Shown piece after piece: positions 1 through 8,853 of a stretch of DNA of 53,838 nucleotides. A program made the translations under genes and the position numbers. Below the pieces are notes generated by a model. That model had not been told where the DNA came from, did not search any database, and saw only the letters and a program-made list of their open reading frames with translations. Where the stretch lies: NCBI GenBank assembly GCA_028683655.1, contig JAQUHK010000003.1, forward strand, positions 1 through 53,838, written 5' to 3'. This DNA is from Alphaproteobacteria bacterium. GTDB taxonomy: Bacteria > Pseudomonadota > Alphaproteobacteria > UBA9219. Each line of letters opens with the position of its first letter. The first letter of the stretch is position 1.

Positions 1-74
1 AGCATCAGAAGACAAAACTGAGTCCCGTTTGTTGCCTCCCCCCCGCCCCCCGAATGCCGGCCCCCGATCCCTTT

Positions 75-135
75 CTGCAACACCGCAAAAAATATTGCAC
101 ATGCTGCAAAATTGCCCTTGAGTTTTTTGCGCAAT
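75..135 (+). promoter_or_regulatory. Candidate PhaR autoregulatory operator / phaR promoter region
   Basis: TGC-rich inverted repeats 90-150 nt upstream of the phaR ATG: TGCAACACCGCA (76..87), TTGCA-N5-TGCAA (95..109), TTGCGCAA (127..134). Alphaproteobacterial PhaR operators are described as TGC-rich. Not validated here. Confidence 0.25.
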
Positions 136-224
136 ATAAGGACAATCGTCGTGCCCATCTTATCTTCTTTGGAATCAAGGTTAACGCCTGTCTTCCATCA
201 AAATCACCAAGCGGGAAAAACATC

Positions 225-1103
225 ATGAACAACCAAAACCAAACCGTTACCATCAAGAAGTACGCTAACCGCCGCCTCTACAACACGGCGACCAGCAGCT
301 ATGTCACCCTCGACGACCTCTCCACGATGGTTAAAGAAGGCACGAAATTCTGCGTTTATGACGCCAAGAGCAGCGAGGACATCACCCGCACAGTTCTGAC
401 CCAGATCATCGTCGAAGAAGAAAGCAAGCCCGATCAAGGCAGCTTGCTCCCCATCAACTTCCTGCGCCAGCTCATCAGCTTTTACGGCAGCAGCCTGCAA
501 TGGATGGTGCCCAAGTATCTTGAGCACAGCATGGACACGCTGTTCGGCAATCAGGACAAGATCCGCAACATCTTTACCGACACCTTTGGCACCATGTTCC
601 CCTTCACCAGCACCTTTGGCGAACTGGGCAAGCAAAACATGGCCATGTTCGAAAACACGCTGCGCATGTTCTCGCCTATGACAACCTTTAACTTCGGCCT
701 TGGCGATCTGATGGCCCCGACGACCACGTCGACAACCTCAAGCCAGAACACCGCCTCATGCTGTAGCACAAAGGGCAGCACGAGCAGCTGCTGCACAACA
801 TCGCCGATGACGAAATCTGCCTCGACGACCACGTCAACGACAACGCCCAGCACGTCCGCGACCTCGTCAACCGGCACAACGTCAACGGCGTCAACCACGA
901 CCAAGAGCTGCCCGATCACCAGCAGCTCAACGACAACAAGCGCCTCCGTCACGAGCCTGAAGCCCCGCACGGAAACGCGCACAACGACCCCGATGCCGAA
1001 TGTCCAAACGGCCACCGCCGCCAATATCGGTGCCGATGACATGCAGCAAAAGATCGCCAACCTGCAACGCCAACTGGCCGACTTGGCCAAAAGCCGCGCC
1101 TAA
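225..1103 (+). CDS. phaR: Polyhydroxyalkanoate synthesis repressor PhaR, with a long Thr/Ser/Cys-rich insertion
   Basis: N-terminus TIKKYANRRLYNTATSSYVTLDDL...EDITRTVLTQII is the PhaR signature. Start moved from 54 to ATG 225 (MNNQNQ) because the 57 upstream codons have no PhaR-like content. Product is 292 aa. Confidence 0.9.
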   Translation: MNNQNQTVTIKKYANRRLYNTATSSYVTLDDLSTMVKEGTKFCVYDAKSSEDITRTVLTQIIVEEESKPDQGSLLPINFLRQLISFYGSSLQWMVPKYLEHSMDTLFGNQDKIRNIFTDTFGTMFPFTSTFGELGKQNMAMFENTLRMFSPMTTFNFGLGDLMAPTTTSTTSSQNTASCCSTKGSTSSCCTTSPMTKSASTTTSTTTPSTSATSSTGTTSTASTTTKSCPITSSSTTTSASVTSLKPRTETRTTTPMPNVQTATAANIGADDMQQKIANLQRQLADLAKSRA

Positions 1104-1161
1104 GGCCCCCTGCTGCGCTTATGCTGCACCTAACGGCGCAGCATAAAGGCCCAAAAGAAAA

Positions 1162-1188
1162 CCCCGCCACTCCGGCGGGGTTTTTGTT
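1162..1188 (+). terminator. Rho-independent terminator of phaR
   Basis: CCCCGCC-actc-cGGCGGGG stem followed by TTTTTGTTT. A second hairpin TTATGCTGC...GCAGCATAA lies just upstream. Confidence 0.8.
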
Positions 1189-1199
1189 TAGGGGAGCCT

Positions 1200-1345
1200 C
1201 CCCCTTCGTCACCCCGCACTTGATGCGGGGTCCAGTCCAACGCTGCGCATGAAACCAACGGTTGGCTTGTGCCGCAAAGAGCCGCTGGGTCCCGCATCAC
1301 GCAGCCCGCGCTTCGCGCTGCCTGCCGTGCGGGAAGACGAAAGAG
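1200..1345. repeat. MITE-like palindromic element, family A, copy 1
   Basis: 146 nt, ungapped, 7 mismatches to 2555..2700 in direct orientation. Imperfect terminal inverted repeats TTCGTCACCCCGCAC / GTGCGGGAAGACGAA. Internal hairpin CCCCGCA-cttga-TGCGGGG. Confidence 0.9.
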
Positions 1346-1420
1346 TCCGTCCCTCCACTACCGTCAAAGCGAAGCCCGTTCTCGCGCCAAAGTTCGAAGA
1401 ACGAAGGCAGACGGGCTGTC

Positions 1421-2395
1421 TTAAGGCACAGCCTTTTCGCCCTTCGGGGCAAGCTTTGTCAAACGCGCAATAGCGGCATCCCTAAACTTCGGATCAGCCG
1501 CAGCCACTTGCTCAACAGCTTTCAACAAGGCTTCCGCAGCAGGACCAAACTGATGCACCGATTTCGCGTCATCCGAAGGCACAGCCCCAACCGTTTCAGC
1601 CCTCACCGAAGTGGTGGAACTCTCCTCAGTCTGCACGGCTACGGGCCCCTTTACCCTATCCGCCACAGGCGGATAGGCCCTCGGATTGTAAACCTCTTTT
1701 TTGCCGCTTACCTCCTGCACAAAGGCCAGTGAGTCGGAAAACAACAGGCTCTTGCCCCGTGCTGTGTGAAATTCTGCTTCAATAAACAGCCCCATCAAGT
1801 CCGGCATCGTCGTCACCCCTGAATTTTGTGAGGCATCAACAATTGTGATAGGCGAACCCGACCTCATCGGCTTTGACGAAACCTCCATCCCCTCAAGGGC
1901 CCGCAAAAGATCTTGTTGTGGAGCAAAAGTGCGCGCCATAGTAGAAGCGGAAACATCCAATCGACATGTCTCCTGCCTGAAAGAATCCATATGGTCCAAC
2001 CCAGCTTTCAACAGCCGATACGCAGCCAAACCGTCAATTCGGAGCGGCACATCAAGCGGAGCCTCAATAAAAAGCGAAGCCCCCATAGACTTGCCGCGAC
2101 GCTCGCCAATAGCATCAAACCCACGGCGCAGGCTCAGCACCCTCAAGTCTGGCTCATCCGCAACGGGGCCAAGAACAAGCACATCGGAAGGCCGAGGAAT
2201 AGCTGCACCCAAAGGTGATTTAGGCAATTTGGCATAAAGATTTTCATCATAAAGAGGGCGACAAGCCTTCATGATAAAACTGCTGTCTAAAGAAGCGGCA
2301 AATTCTGGACCCGTCGGCTGCCCAAAACCACATGGAGAAAATTGAAATCCGGGACAGGTCGCATCAAGAACCATAAACCATTGAGCCTTCATCAT
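1421..2395 (-). CDS. Hypothetical protein (324 aa), no motif recognised
   Basis: Long ORF with codon usage like its neighbours. The overlapping plus-strand ORFs are shorter. Bracketed by the two family-A repeats. Function unknown. Confidence 0.6.
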   Translation of the reverse strand: MMKAQWFMVLDATCPGFQFSPCGFGQPTGPEFAASLDSSFIMKACRPLYDENLYAKLPKSPLGAAIPRPSDVLVLGPVADEPDLRVLSLRRGFDAIGERRGKSMGASLFIEAPLDVPLRIDGLAAYRLLKAGLDHMDSFRQETCRLDVSASTMARTFAPQQDLLRALEGMEVSSKPMRSGSPITIVDASQNSGVTTMPDLMGLFIEAEFHTARGKSLLFSDSLAFVQEVSGKKEVYNPRAYPPVADRVKGPVAVQTEESSTTSVRAETVGAVPSDDAKSVHQFGPAAEALLKAVEQVAAADPKFRDAAIARLTKLAPKGEKAVP

Positions 2396-2554
2396 CGCTT
2401 AAATCTCCTGAAATTCATCCGTTGCAGTGGGGCTATTCTACCACACACCAAATAGTTTCGCCCACCTTTTCACGCCCCTTAACCCAAAAACCCTCCTTTC
2501 CCTTTCAAGTTATGCAAGACCCCTAATAATGCCAACTTGTCTATGAACTGCCCT

Positions 2555-2700
2555 CCCCCTTCGTCACCCCGCACTTGATGCGGGGTCCAGTCCAACGCTG
2601 CGCATGAAACCAACGATTGGCTTTTACCGCAAAGAGCCACTGGATCCCGCATCACGCAGCCCGCGCTTCGCGCTGCCTGCTGTGCGGGAAGACGAAAAAG
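2555..2700. repeat. MITE-like palindromic element, family A, copy 2
   Basis: 146 nt, 139/146 identical to 1200..1345 in the same orientation. Lies 160 nt upstream of the start of CDS 1421..2395. Confidence 0.9.
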
Positions 2701-2807
2701 GAAATCGTGCGACGCACTATGCGACGAAGGAGCCCATCCCTCCGTCCCCAGTCCCGCTCACCCCCTAAATGCCACATGCAAAAGGCTATAGGCTCCCTTC
2801 CTCCCAA

Positions 2808-2832
2808 CAAAAAAGGCCAGCTTTCGCTGACC
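2808..2832 (-). terminator. Probable rho-independent terminator downstream of lipB
   Basis: On the minus strand, GGTCAGC-gaaa-GCTGGCC (one G-T pair) followed by TTTTTT, about 130 nt after the lipB stop. Confidence 0.5.
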
Positions 2833-2960
2833 TTGCCCTAGTCCCCAGTCCCGACCTTCCTGCCTCCTGCCCGCCCTCAGGACACAGGTCGCCGTAGGCG
2901 TGTCAATAGCACAATAAGCCCATTGTGTCAAGACATTTTTACTGCTCCCCCAAAAAAATC

Positions 2961-3584
2961 TTAAAAAACTTCCTCATAATGCCGCCTTAAGGCTGCATCC
3001 ATGTCGGCCAAAGACGCCCCGCTCCCCAAATCGGCCAGCGAGGTCACCCCATAATCCGCGATGCCGCAGGGCACAATCCCCCTAAAAGCCTCAAGATCGG
3101 GTGCAACATTGATCGCGATACCGTGCGAAGTCACCCATCGCCGCGCCCGCACGCCGATGGCAGCAATCTTCTTTTCCGTGCCGCCGGTCTGAACCCAAAG
3201 ACCGATGCGCCCCTCCCTCCGCTCTGCCGTCACGCCCAGATCGGCCAGAGCGCGGATGCCCCATTCCTCCAGCCGCGCCACATGGGCCTTCAGGTCGCGG
3301 TCGCGCAGTGCCAGATTGTGCAGCACATAGGCCACGCGCTGGCCGGGCCCGTGATAGGTATGCTTGCCGCCGCGTCCTGTCTGAAAAACTGGAAGCCCCC
3401 CTGCCCGCAGCAAATCGGCCTCCTGCGCACTGGTGCCTGCGGTATAAACGGGCTCGTGTTCCAAAAGCCAGACAAGCTCGCCCACCTGCCCCGCGAGGAT
3501 GGCCTCGGTCCGTTCTTCCATCAAAGAAAGGGCTTCGGCATAGGGCACCAGCCCGTCCGAAGCCCACCACTCACAGCTTGTCAA
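2961..3584 (-). CDS. lipB: Octanoyltransferase (lipoyl(octanoyl) transferase) LipB
   Basis: LLEHEPVYTAGTSA, GRGGKHTYHGPGQRVAYVL, KIAAIGVRARRWVTSHGIAINV and IVPCGI are typical LipB blocks. Confidence 0.92.
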   Translation of the reverse strand: MTSCEWWASDGLVPYAEALSLMEERTEAILAGQVGELVWLLEHEPVYTAGTSAQEADLLRAGGLPVFQTGRGGKHTYHGPGQRVAYVLHNLALRDRDLKAHVARLEEWGIRALADLGVTAERREGRIGLWVQTGGTEKKIAAIGVRARRWVTSHGIAINVAPDLEAFRGIVPCGIADYGVTSLADLGSGASLADMDAALRRHYEEVF

Positions 3585-3634
3585 GTCCCGCTCCTACCAA
3601 AGACCTGTCTTTTTCGATCAACAAGAAAACAAAT

Positions 3635-3723
3635 GGGATGCCAGCCTGCGCTGGCATGACAGTATTTTATGGTAACTTTTGGTTTCATGCCTAACTGTCA
3701 CCCCAGCGAAGGCTGGGGTCCCA
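3635..3723. repeat. MITE-like palindromic element, family C
   Basis: About 28-nt terminal inverted repeats: GGGATGCCAGCCTGCGCTGGCATGACAG versus the reverse complement of CTGTCACCCCAGCGAAGGCTGGGGTCCC. Intergenic between lipB and sodB. Confidence 0.75.
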
Positions 3724-3726
3724 TTT

Positions 3727-4335
3727 CTATTTTCTCTCAAATCCGCCCATATTCTTCTCAACAAAACTCCAGTCGATCAGGTGATCGAGAAACACTTGCA
3801 AAAAGTCGGGGCGGCGATTTTGATAGTCCAGATAGTAGGCATGCTCCCACACGTCGCAGGTGACCAGAGCCTTTTGCCCCTGCACCATCGGCGTCATAGC
3901 GTTGCCGGTCTTGACGATCTTGAGAGCCCCAGCCTCTAGGACCAGCCAAACCCAGCCGCTCCCGAACTGCGTCGCGCCAGCTTGCTTGAACTGCTCTTTG
4001 AACGCGGCGACACTGCCGAACGCGGCAACCAACTTATCCGCCAAAGCGGGCGAAGGCTCACCGCCGCCCTTAGCACTCATGCTGGACCAGAAGAACGTGT
4101 GGTTCCAGACCTGCGCCGCATTGTTGAAGACACCAGCCTTGCTGTCATCCTTGGCGGTTTGCAGGATAATCTCCTCAAGGCTCGCCCCCTCAAGCGGCGT
4201 GTCCTTGATCAGGTTATTGAGGTTCGTGACGTAAGCCTGATGATGCTTGCCATGATGAACGTCCAGCGTGCGGGCCGAAATATGCGGCTCCAGCGACTCT
4301 TTGGGATAAGGCAAGAGAGGTAAGTCGAAAGACAT
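3727..4335 (-). CDS. sodB: Iron superoxide dismutase
   Basis: LPYPKESLEPHISARTLDVHHGKHHQAYV, AAQVWNHTFFW, FGSGWVWL, DVWEHAYYLDYQNRRPDF. Confidence 0.95.
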   Translation of the reverse strand: MSFDLPLLPYPKESLEPHISARTLDVHHGKHHQAYVTNLNNLIKDTPLEGASLEEIILQTAKDDSKAGVFNNAAQVWNHTFFWSSMSAKGGGEPSPALADKLVAAFGSVAAFKEQFKQAGATQFGSGWVWLVLEAGALKIVKTGNAMTPMVQGQKALVTCDVWEHAYYLDYQNRRPDFLQVFLDHLIDWSFVEKNMGGFERK

Positions 4336-4351
4336 AGGAATCTCCTTTCAT

Positions 4352-4945
4352 CTATGGTTCATCCGATCTTTGCACATCTTGGCGCAGATCATCAAGGCAA
4401 GAGCGATAGCCCTCGCCATCACCATATTCCAGAAACTTGACATAGCGATCGTGCGGATCGCGGACGCGGATCGCATGCTTGATGGGGCACCAGAACTGCT
4501 CCGTCCGACTGGCGATCTCGCGCGCATAAGCAAACACCCCGTTGCCATAGCCGCAATAAAGGCAATTCATCTTTTCGATAAAGTTCAGATAGGCCAGATG
4601 ATGCCGGTCCATAACGATAAAGGTCGAGCGTTTGACAAGCGGAATACCATAAGCGCGAAAGCAAACCTGCTGGTAAAGCGTCACCCAGAAATCGAGCACC
4701 ACAATCGGCAGGATGAGGGAATAGATAACCGGCGCGACAAGAACATTGAGCAGTCCCGCCGTCCGGAAATATTGCGGCCAATTGATGCGCAGGGCCTTAT
4801 GCCGCGCCACGATTTCTTCGGCAAACTCGGCGATCTTGCCGCGCAAGCGCACCTGATACCGGTCACGGCTTTTCTGGAACTCTTCCTCAAGCCGATCTTC
4901 TAAAGCGCGAATGCGCTCCACAATTTCTTTGATTTGCTCGTTCAT
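4352..4945 (-). CDS. Conserved-looking hypothetical membrane protein with a Cys-rich C-terminal domain
   Basis: N-terminal coiled-coil, one long hydrophobic hairpin (LLNVLVAPVIYSLILPIVVLDFWVTLY), then NCLYCGYGNG...QFWCPIKHA. Only 16 nt upstream of sodB on the same strand. Confidence 0.7.
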   Translation of the reverse strand: MNEQIKEIVERIRALEDRLEEEFQKSRDRYQVRLRGKIAEFAEEIVARHKALRINWPQYFRTAGLLNVLVAPVIYSLILPIVVLDFWVTLYQQVCFRAYGIPLVKRSTFIVMDRHHLAYLNFIEKMNCLYCGYGNGVFAYAREIASRTEQFWCPIKHAIRVRDPHDRYVKFLEYGDGEGYRSCLDDLRQDVQRSDEP

Positions 4946-4974
4946 CGTTAGCCCTTAGCTTGTTGCAAATTATA

Positions 4975-5133
4975 CCAACCCGTGGATGAAAAGACTTACG
5001 CCCCCACCGTCATCGCGAGGAGCGCAGCGACGTGGCGATCCAGTCCCCAACTTTCCAGCAGGAGGACTGGATTGCTTCGTCGGCCAAGGCCTCCTCGCAA
5101 TGACGCCGTGGGGTGGTTCGTTCACGGGGTTGG
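4975..5133. repeat. MITE-like palindromic element, family B, copy 1 (full length)
   Basis: 98-nt core 5008..5105 with termini CGTCATCGCGAGGAG...CTCCTCGCAATGACG. Outer inverted flanks CCAACCCGTGGATGAA / TTCGTTCACGGGGTTGG. The core is 95/98 identical to the reverse complement of 31828..31925. Confidence 0.85.
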
Positions 5134-5182
5134 TATTAAGCCCTCCCTAAATGCAACATGCTAAAGGCTAAATGCTTTCTCC

Positions 5183-6478
5183 TCAATACCGATAATGATC
5201 TGCCTTATACGGCCCTTGCGGTGAAATGCCGAGATAGCTGGCCTGCTTGTCCGTCAGCGTGGTGAGCTGGGCGCCGAGTTTGCCCAGATGCAGCCTTGCG
5301 ACTTTTTCATCCAGATGCTTGGGCAGCGTATAGACCTTCTTCTCGTACTTGCCCTGCTGGCCCCAAAGCTCGATCTGCGCCAGAGTTTGGTTGGTGAAAG
5401 AGGCACTCATGACAAAGCTTGGATGGCCCGTGGCGCAGCCCAAATTGACGAGCCGCCCCTTGGCCAGAACGATCAGCCGCTTGCCATCGGGGAAGATGAC
5501 CTCGTCCACCTGCGGCTTCACTTCTTCCCAAACATAGTTGCGAAGCGAGTCGATCTGAATCTCCGCATCGAAATGCCCGATATTGCAAACGATAGCGCGA
5601 TCCTTCATCACGCGCATATGATCGAGCGTGATTACATCCACGTTGCCCGTGGCGGTGACGAAAATATCGCCCAGCGGCGCGGCCTGTTCCATCGTCACGA
5701 CCTGATAGCCTTCCATGAGGGCTTGCAGCGCGTTGATCGGGTCAACCTCGGTCACCAGCACCCGTGCGCCAGAGCTGCGCAAGCTGGCTGCCGAGCCCTT
5801 CCCCACATCGCCATAGCCGCAAACAACGGCAATCTTGCCCGCCAACATCACATCGGTCGCGCGGCGGATGCCGTCCACAAGGCTTTCGCGGCAACCATAC
5901 AGGTTATCGAACTTGGATTTCGTGACACTGTCATTCACGTTGAACGCGGGGATTTTCAGCGTGCCGGCCTTCATCATCTCGTAAAGGCGGTGTACGCCCG
6001 TCGTCGTTTCCTCGGATACGCCGCGCACATCGGCCAAAAGCTCGGGCCGCTTTTCATGCAGGTAAAGCGTCAAGTCACCGCCATCGTCCAGCAGCATGTT
6101 GGGCTTCCACCCGTCCGGTCCTTCAATCGACCTGTCGATGCACTGCCAGTATTCCTCTTCGGTTTCGCCTTTCCAGGCGAAAACAGGAACGCCCGCCGCC
6201 GCGATGGCCGCCGCCGCATGATCCTGCGTCGAGAAAATGTTACAGGACGACCAGCGCACGCTGGCCCCCAGATGCACCAGCGTTTCGATCAGCACCGCCG
6301 TCTGGATCGTCATATGCAAACAGCCGCAAATGCGCGCGCCCGCCAGCGGCTTCGCCGCGCCATATTCCTCACGCAGTGCCATCAGCCCCGGCATCTCCGT
6401 TTCGGCGATCGCAATCTCCTTGCGCCCCCACCCCGCCAGAGCAATATCCTTGACTTTATAATCCGTAAAAGAAGACAT
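5183..6478 (-). CDS. ahcY: Adenosylhomocysteinase
   Basis: [66 protein letters not shown], and C-terminal YKADHYRY. Confidence 0.96.
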   Translation of the reverse strand: MSSFTDYKVKDIALAGWGRKEIAIAETEMPGLMALREEYGAAKPLAGARICGCLHMTIQTAVLIETLVHLGASVRWSSCNIFSTQDHAAAAIAAAGVPVFAWKGETEEEYWQCIDRSIEGPDGWKPNMLLDDGGDLTLYLHEKRPELLADVRGVSEETTTGVHRLYEMMKAGTLKIPAFNVNDSVTKSKFDNLYGCRESLVDGIRRATDVMLAGKIAVVCGYGDVGKGSAASLRSSGARVLVTEVDPINALQALMEGYQVVTMEQAAPLGDIFVTATGNVDVITLDHMRVMKDRAIVCNIGHFDAEIQIDSLRNYVWEEVKPQVDEVIFPDGKRLIVLAKGRLVNLGCATGHPSFVMSASFTNQTLAQIELWGQQGKYEKKVYTLPKHLDEKVARLHLGKLGAQLTTLTDKQASYLGISPQGPYKADHYRY

Positions 6479-6527
6479 GAGCGACCTCGTTGGTTGAAAG
6501 AGTGATGGGTGCCGACACCATATATCT

Positions 6528-6674
6528 CGTCTTTCCGGACAAGTGCCGAAGCCCGTAAGGGCTGAGGTGCGCAGATCCGGAATCCAGTGACTGTTTCAGA
6601 GATCGGCTAGGTTCCGGATTAAACTTTCTTTCGCCGCGAAGAGGCGTCGAAAAGAAAGTTTCTCCGGAAAGACG
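6528..6674. repeat. MITE-like palindromic element, family D
   Basis: Terminal inverted repeats CGTCTTTCCGGA...TCCGGAAAGACG, with internal CCGGAATCCAG / GGTTCCGGATT. Intergenic between ahcY and ptsI. Confidence 0.75.
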
Positions 6675-6731
6675 AATAATCCTTCTCCTCCCGTAACACG
6701 GAAACGAATTCCAACCAAGCGCGAAGCAAGC

Positions 6732-8567
6732 CTACTTCTTCTTTTTCATCAACAAAGAAGCCGGTTGTATGGCGTGGGCCCCGCCTTCGAGCAGCGAGGC
6801 AACCTCTTCCTCATTCCCCTGCCGCATGACTTCTTGGGCAAAGGTCACCGACTGCGAAATCGTCAAGTTGCAGATCGTCTGTTTGATCAGCGGCAAGCGT
6901 GAGGGCGACATGGAGAACTCGCGCAACCCAAGGCCCAACAGCAACGCCGTCACCTTCGGATCGCCAGCAATCTCGCCGCACAGGCTGACGGGGATATTCG
7001 CGCGCCACGCCGCCGCGATCGTGAACTCGATCAGGCGCAAAACGGCGGGGTGATAGGGATTGTAAAGATTCGCCACGCGCTCATCGCCGCGATCAATGGC
7101 CAGCGTATATTGCGTCAGATCATTGCTGCCGATGGCAAAGAAATCGCATACGCGGCTGAGCGCATCGGCGGACAAAGCGGCCCCCGGAATCTCGATCATC
7201 GCACCAAGCGGCGGCAGCAAGGGCGGCAGCTTAATCCCACGGCGCGTCAATTTACGCTCCACCTGAATGAGCCGCTCGCGCACCTGACGCATCTGGCTGG
7301 CGGTGGAAATCATCGGGATCAAAATCCGCACGGGGCCATAGGCCGCTGCACGCAAAATGGCCGCGAGTTGCGTATCCAGAATCTTTGGCTCCACCAAGCC
7401 CAGCCGGATCGCGCGAAGGCCGAGGGCAGGATTGACGCTTTCCCCCAGCGACTCGCCAAAAGCTGAAGCCAGCTTCTCGCCGCCAACATCCAGCGTGCGG
7501 ATGGTGACGGGCAGGCCCTTCATATTCACAACCAGCTCACGCAGCGTCTCAAACTGTTCGTCCTCACCGGGCAAATCGCTGCGGTTCATAAAGCTGAACT
7601 CGGTACGCACAAGGCCGACACCTTCCGCGCCCGCATCCAGTGCCGCCACCGCATCGCGCGGCAGCTCCAGATTCGCCATCATCTTGATGGACACATTGTC
7701 CAACGTGATGGCGGGCACATCACGCAAGCTCCTGAGCTTGCGCGTCTCGCGCGCCATCTTCTGCGCCTCGCCACGGTAAAACTGGATCGTCTCGGCCGTC
7801 GGATGCAGAATGATCTTTCCCTCGACGCCATCCACGATAATCTGGTCGCCCGTCGTCACCCCCTTGATGAGGGCCGAAACGCCTAAAACAGCCGGAAGCC
7901 CCAGCGTCCGCGCCATGATCGAGGCATGACCCTCCGGCCCACCCAGAACGGCGGCAAAACCGGCAATGCGCTCGGGATCCATCAGAGCCGTATCGGCGGG
8001 CGTGATTTCATCGGCCAGAAGAATGCTGCCGGACGGCGCATCCGCAAAAGGATTGTAACTCTGTTGCAGCAAATTGCGGATCAACCGCGCCCCGACCTCG
8101 CGCACATCGTCGGCGCGGGAAGCCAGATAATCGTCCTTCATCGCTGCAAAACCGGCGGCAATCGCTGCGATCTGACGCTGCACCGCCGCCTCGGCATTCA
8201 TGCGCTCGTCCACGATCAGCGTTTCCACGCCGCGCACAAGGCGCGAACTGGACACCATGCCCTTATAGGCCTCAAGCAGCAGTCCGATTTCCTCGTTCGC
8301 GCCGGACGGCAGCGTCTCGGCCCGCAGCTTCAGCTGGCCCAGCTGTTTTTGCGTCTTGCTGATCGCCGCGTGAAACCGCTTGACCTCTTTTTCGATCTGC
8401 GAGGCCAACACGCAATATTCCGGCACCGGCACGCCATGCTGGTCGATGACATAGGCTGGCCCTATGGCCACGCCAGAGGAGACGCCGATCCCTTTCAGGA
8501 CGACTTCTTCTTCGCTTTTCTTGGCCGCCCCTTTGGGGGCGTTCGTCGTGGTGTCTTTATTCTTCAT
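6732..8567 (-). CDS. ptsI: Phosphoenolpyruvate-protein phosphotransferase (PTS enzyme I, no GAF domain)
   Basis: GGPEGHASIMARTLGLPAV (phospho-His region), GVGLVRTEF, FFAIGSNDLTQYTLAIDR and SLCGEIAGDP are classic EI blocks. Confidence 0.93.
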   Translation of the reverse strand: MKNKDTTTNAPKGAAKKSEEEVVLKGIGVSSGVAIGPAYVIDQHGVPVPEYCVLASQIEKEVKRFHAAISKTQKQLGQLKLRAETLPSGANEEIGLLLEAYKGMVSSSRLVRGVETLIVDERMNAEAAVQRQIAAIAAGFAAMKDDYLASRADDVREVGARLIRNLLQQSYNPFADAPSGSILLADEITPADTALMDPERIAGFAAVLGGPEGHASIMARTLGLPAVLGVSALIKGVTTGDQIIVDGVEGKIILHPTAETIQFYRGEAQKMARETRKLRSLRDVPAITLDNVSIKMMANLELPRDAVAALDAGAEGVGLVRTEFSFMNRSDLPGEDEQFETLRELVVNMKGLPVTIRTLDVGGEKLASAFGESLGESVNPALGLRAIRLGLVEPKILDTQLAAILRAAAYGPVRILIPMISTASQMRQVRERLIQVERKLTRRGIKLPPLLPPLGAMIEIPGAALSADALSRVCDFFAIGSNDLTQYTLAIDRGDERVANLYNPYHPAVLRLIEFTIAAAWRANIPVSLCGEIAGDPKVTALLLGLGLREFSMSPSRLPLIKQTICNLTISQSVTFAQEVMRQGNEEEVASLLEGGAHAIQPASLLMKKKK

Positions 8568-8853
8568 CGAACCCCCGCGTAATCAGGTCGGACAAGGCAT
8601 TGATCGCATCGACCGCTTCGATGCCGGAAGCGCAAAGCTTGATGCGGGTCCCGCACGGAGCCGCGAGCATCATCAACCCCATAATCGAACTGGCCGAAAC
8701 GCGCATATCGTCCCGCGCCACGTAAATCTCGGCCTTGAAAGCCGCCGCCACCTGCACCAGCTTGGCCGCCGCCCGCGCGTGAAGACCGCGCTTGTTGACA
8801 AGGCAAACCATCTCGCACAATTCGTCGGCACGAACGCCTGTTGCTTCCATCAC
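8557..8853 (-). CDS. ptsH: HPr/NPr phosphocarrier protein
   Basis: VNKRGLHARAAAKLV contains the phosphorylatable His. SASSIMGLMML contains the Ser of the HprK target region. Overlaps the ptsI start by 11 nt. The exact start is uncertain. Confidence 0.85.
   Translation of the reverse strand: MMEATGVRADELCEMVCLVNKRGLHARAAAKLVQVAAAFKAEIYVARDDMRVSASSIMGLMMLAAPCGTRIKLCASGIEAVDAINALSDLITRGFDEE

Noticed and set aside
54-224. 57-codon N-terminal extension of the phaR ORF
   Set aside because: The extension has no PhaR-like sequence and is Cys/Phe-rich. The conserved PhaR N-terminus begins right after ATG 225.
2744-2853. 13-bp direct repeat GTCCCCAGTCCCG occurring twice, 97 bp apart, downstream of lipB
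   Set aside because: It is too short, and it occurs in C-rich low-complexity sequence. It could be a remnant target duplication, but nothing mobile is recognisable between the copies.
4982-5164. Short ORFs inside repeat elements: 4982..5164, 1249..1473, 1262..1732, 2617..2841, 3669..3863
   Set aside because: These are generated by the palindromic repeats (the VIARSAATWRSS and HHAARASRC type peptides recur wherever the repeat occurs). There is no independent coding evidence.
5288-6505. 405-aa plus-strand ORF
   Set aside because: It lies exactly antisense to ahcY, whose product is unmistakable. It is Arg/Ala/Gly-rich, typical of shadow ORFs in GC-rich DNA.
6479-6731. Possible SAH riboswitch upstream of ahcY
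   Set aside because: The leader contains only a GAGG ribosome-binding site followed by a family-D MITE. I could not find the conserved SAH-riboswitch pseudoknot sequence by eye. A covariance-model scan (Rfam SAH_riboswitch) would settle it.
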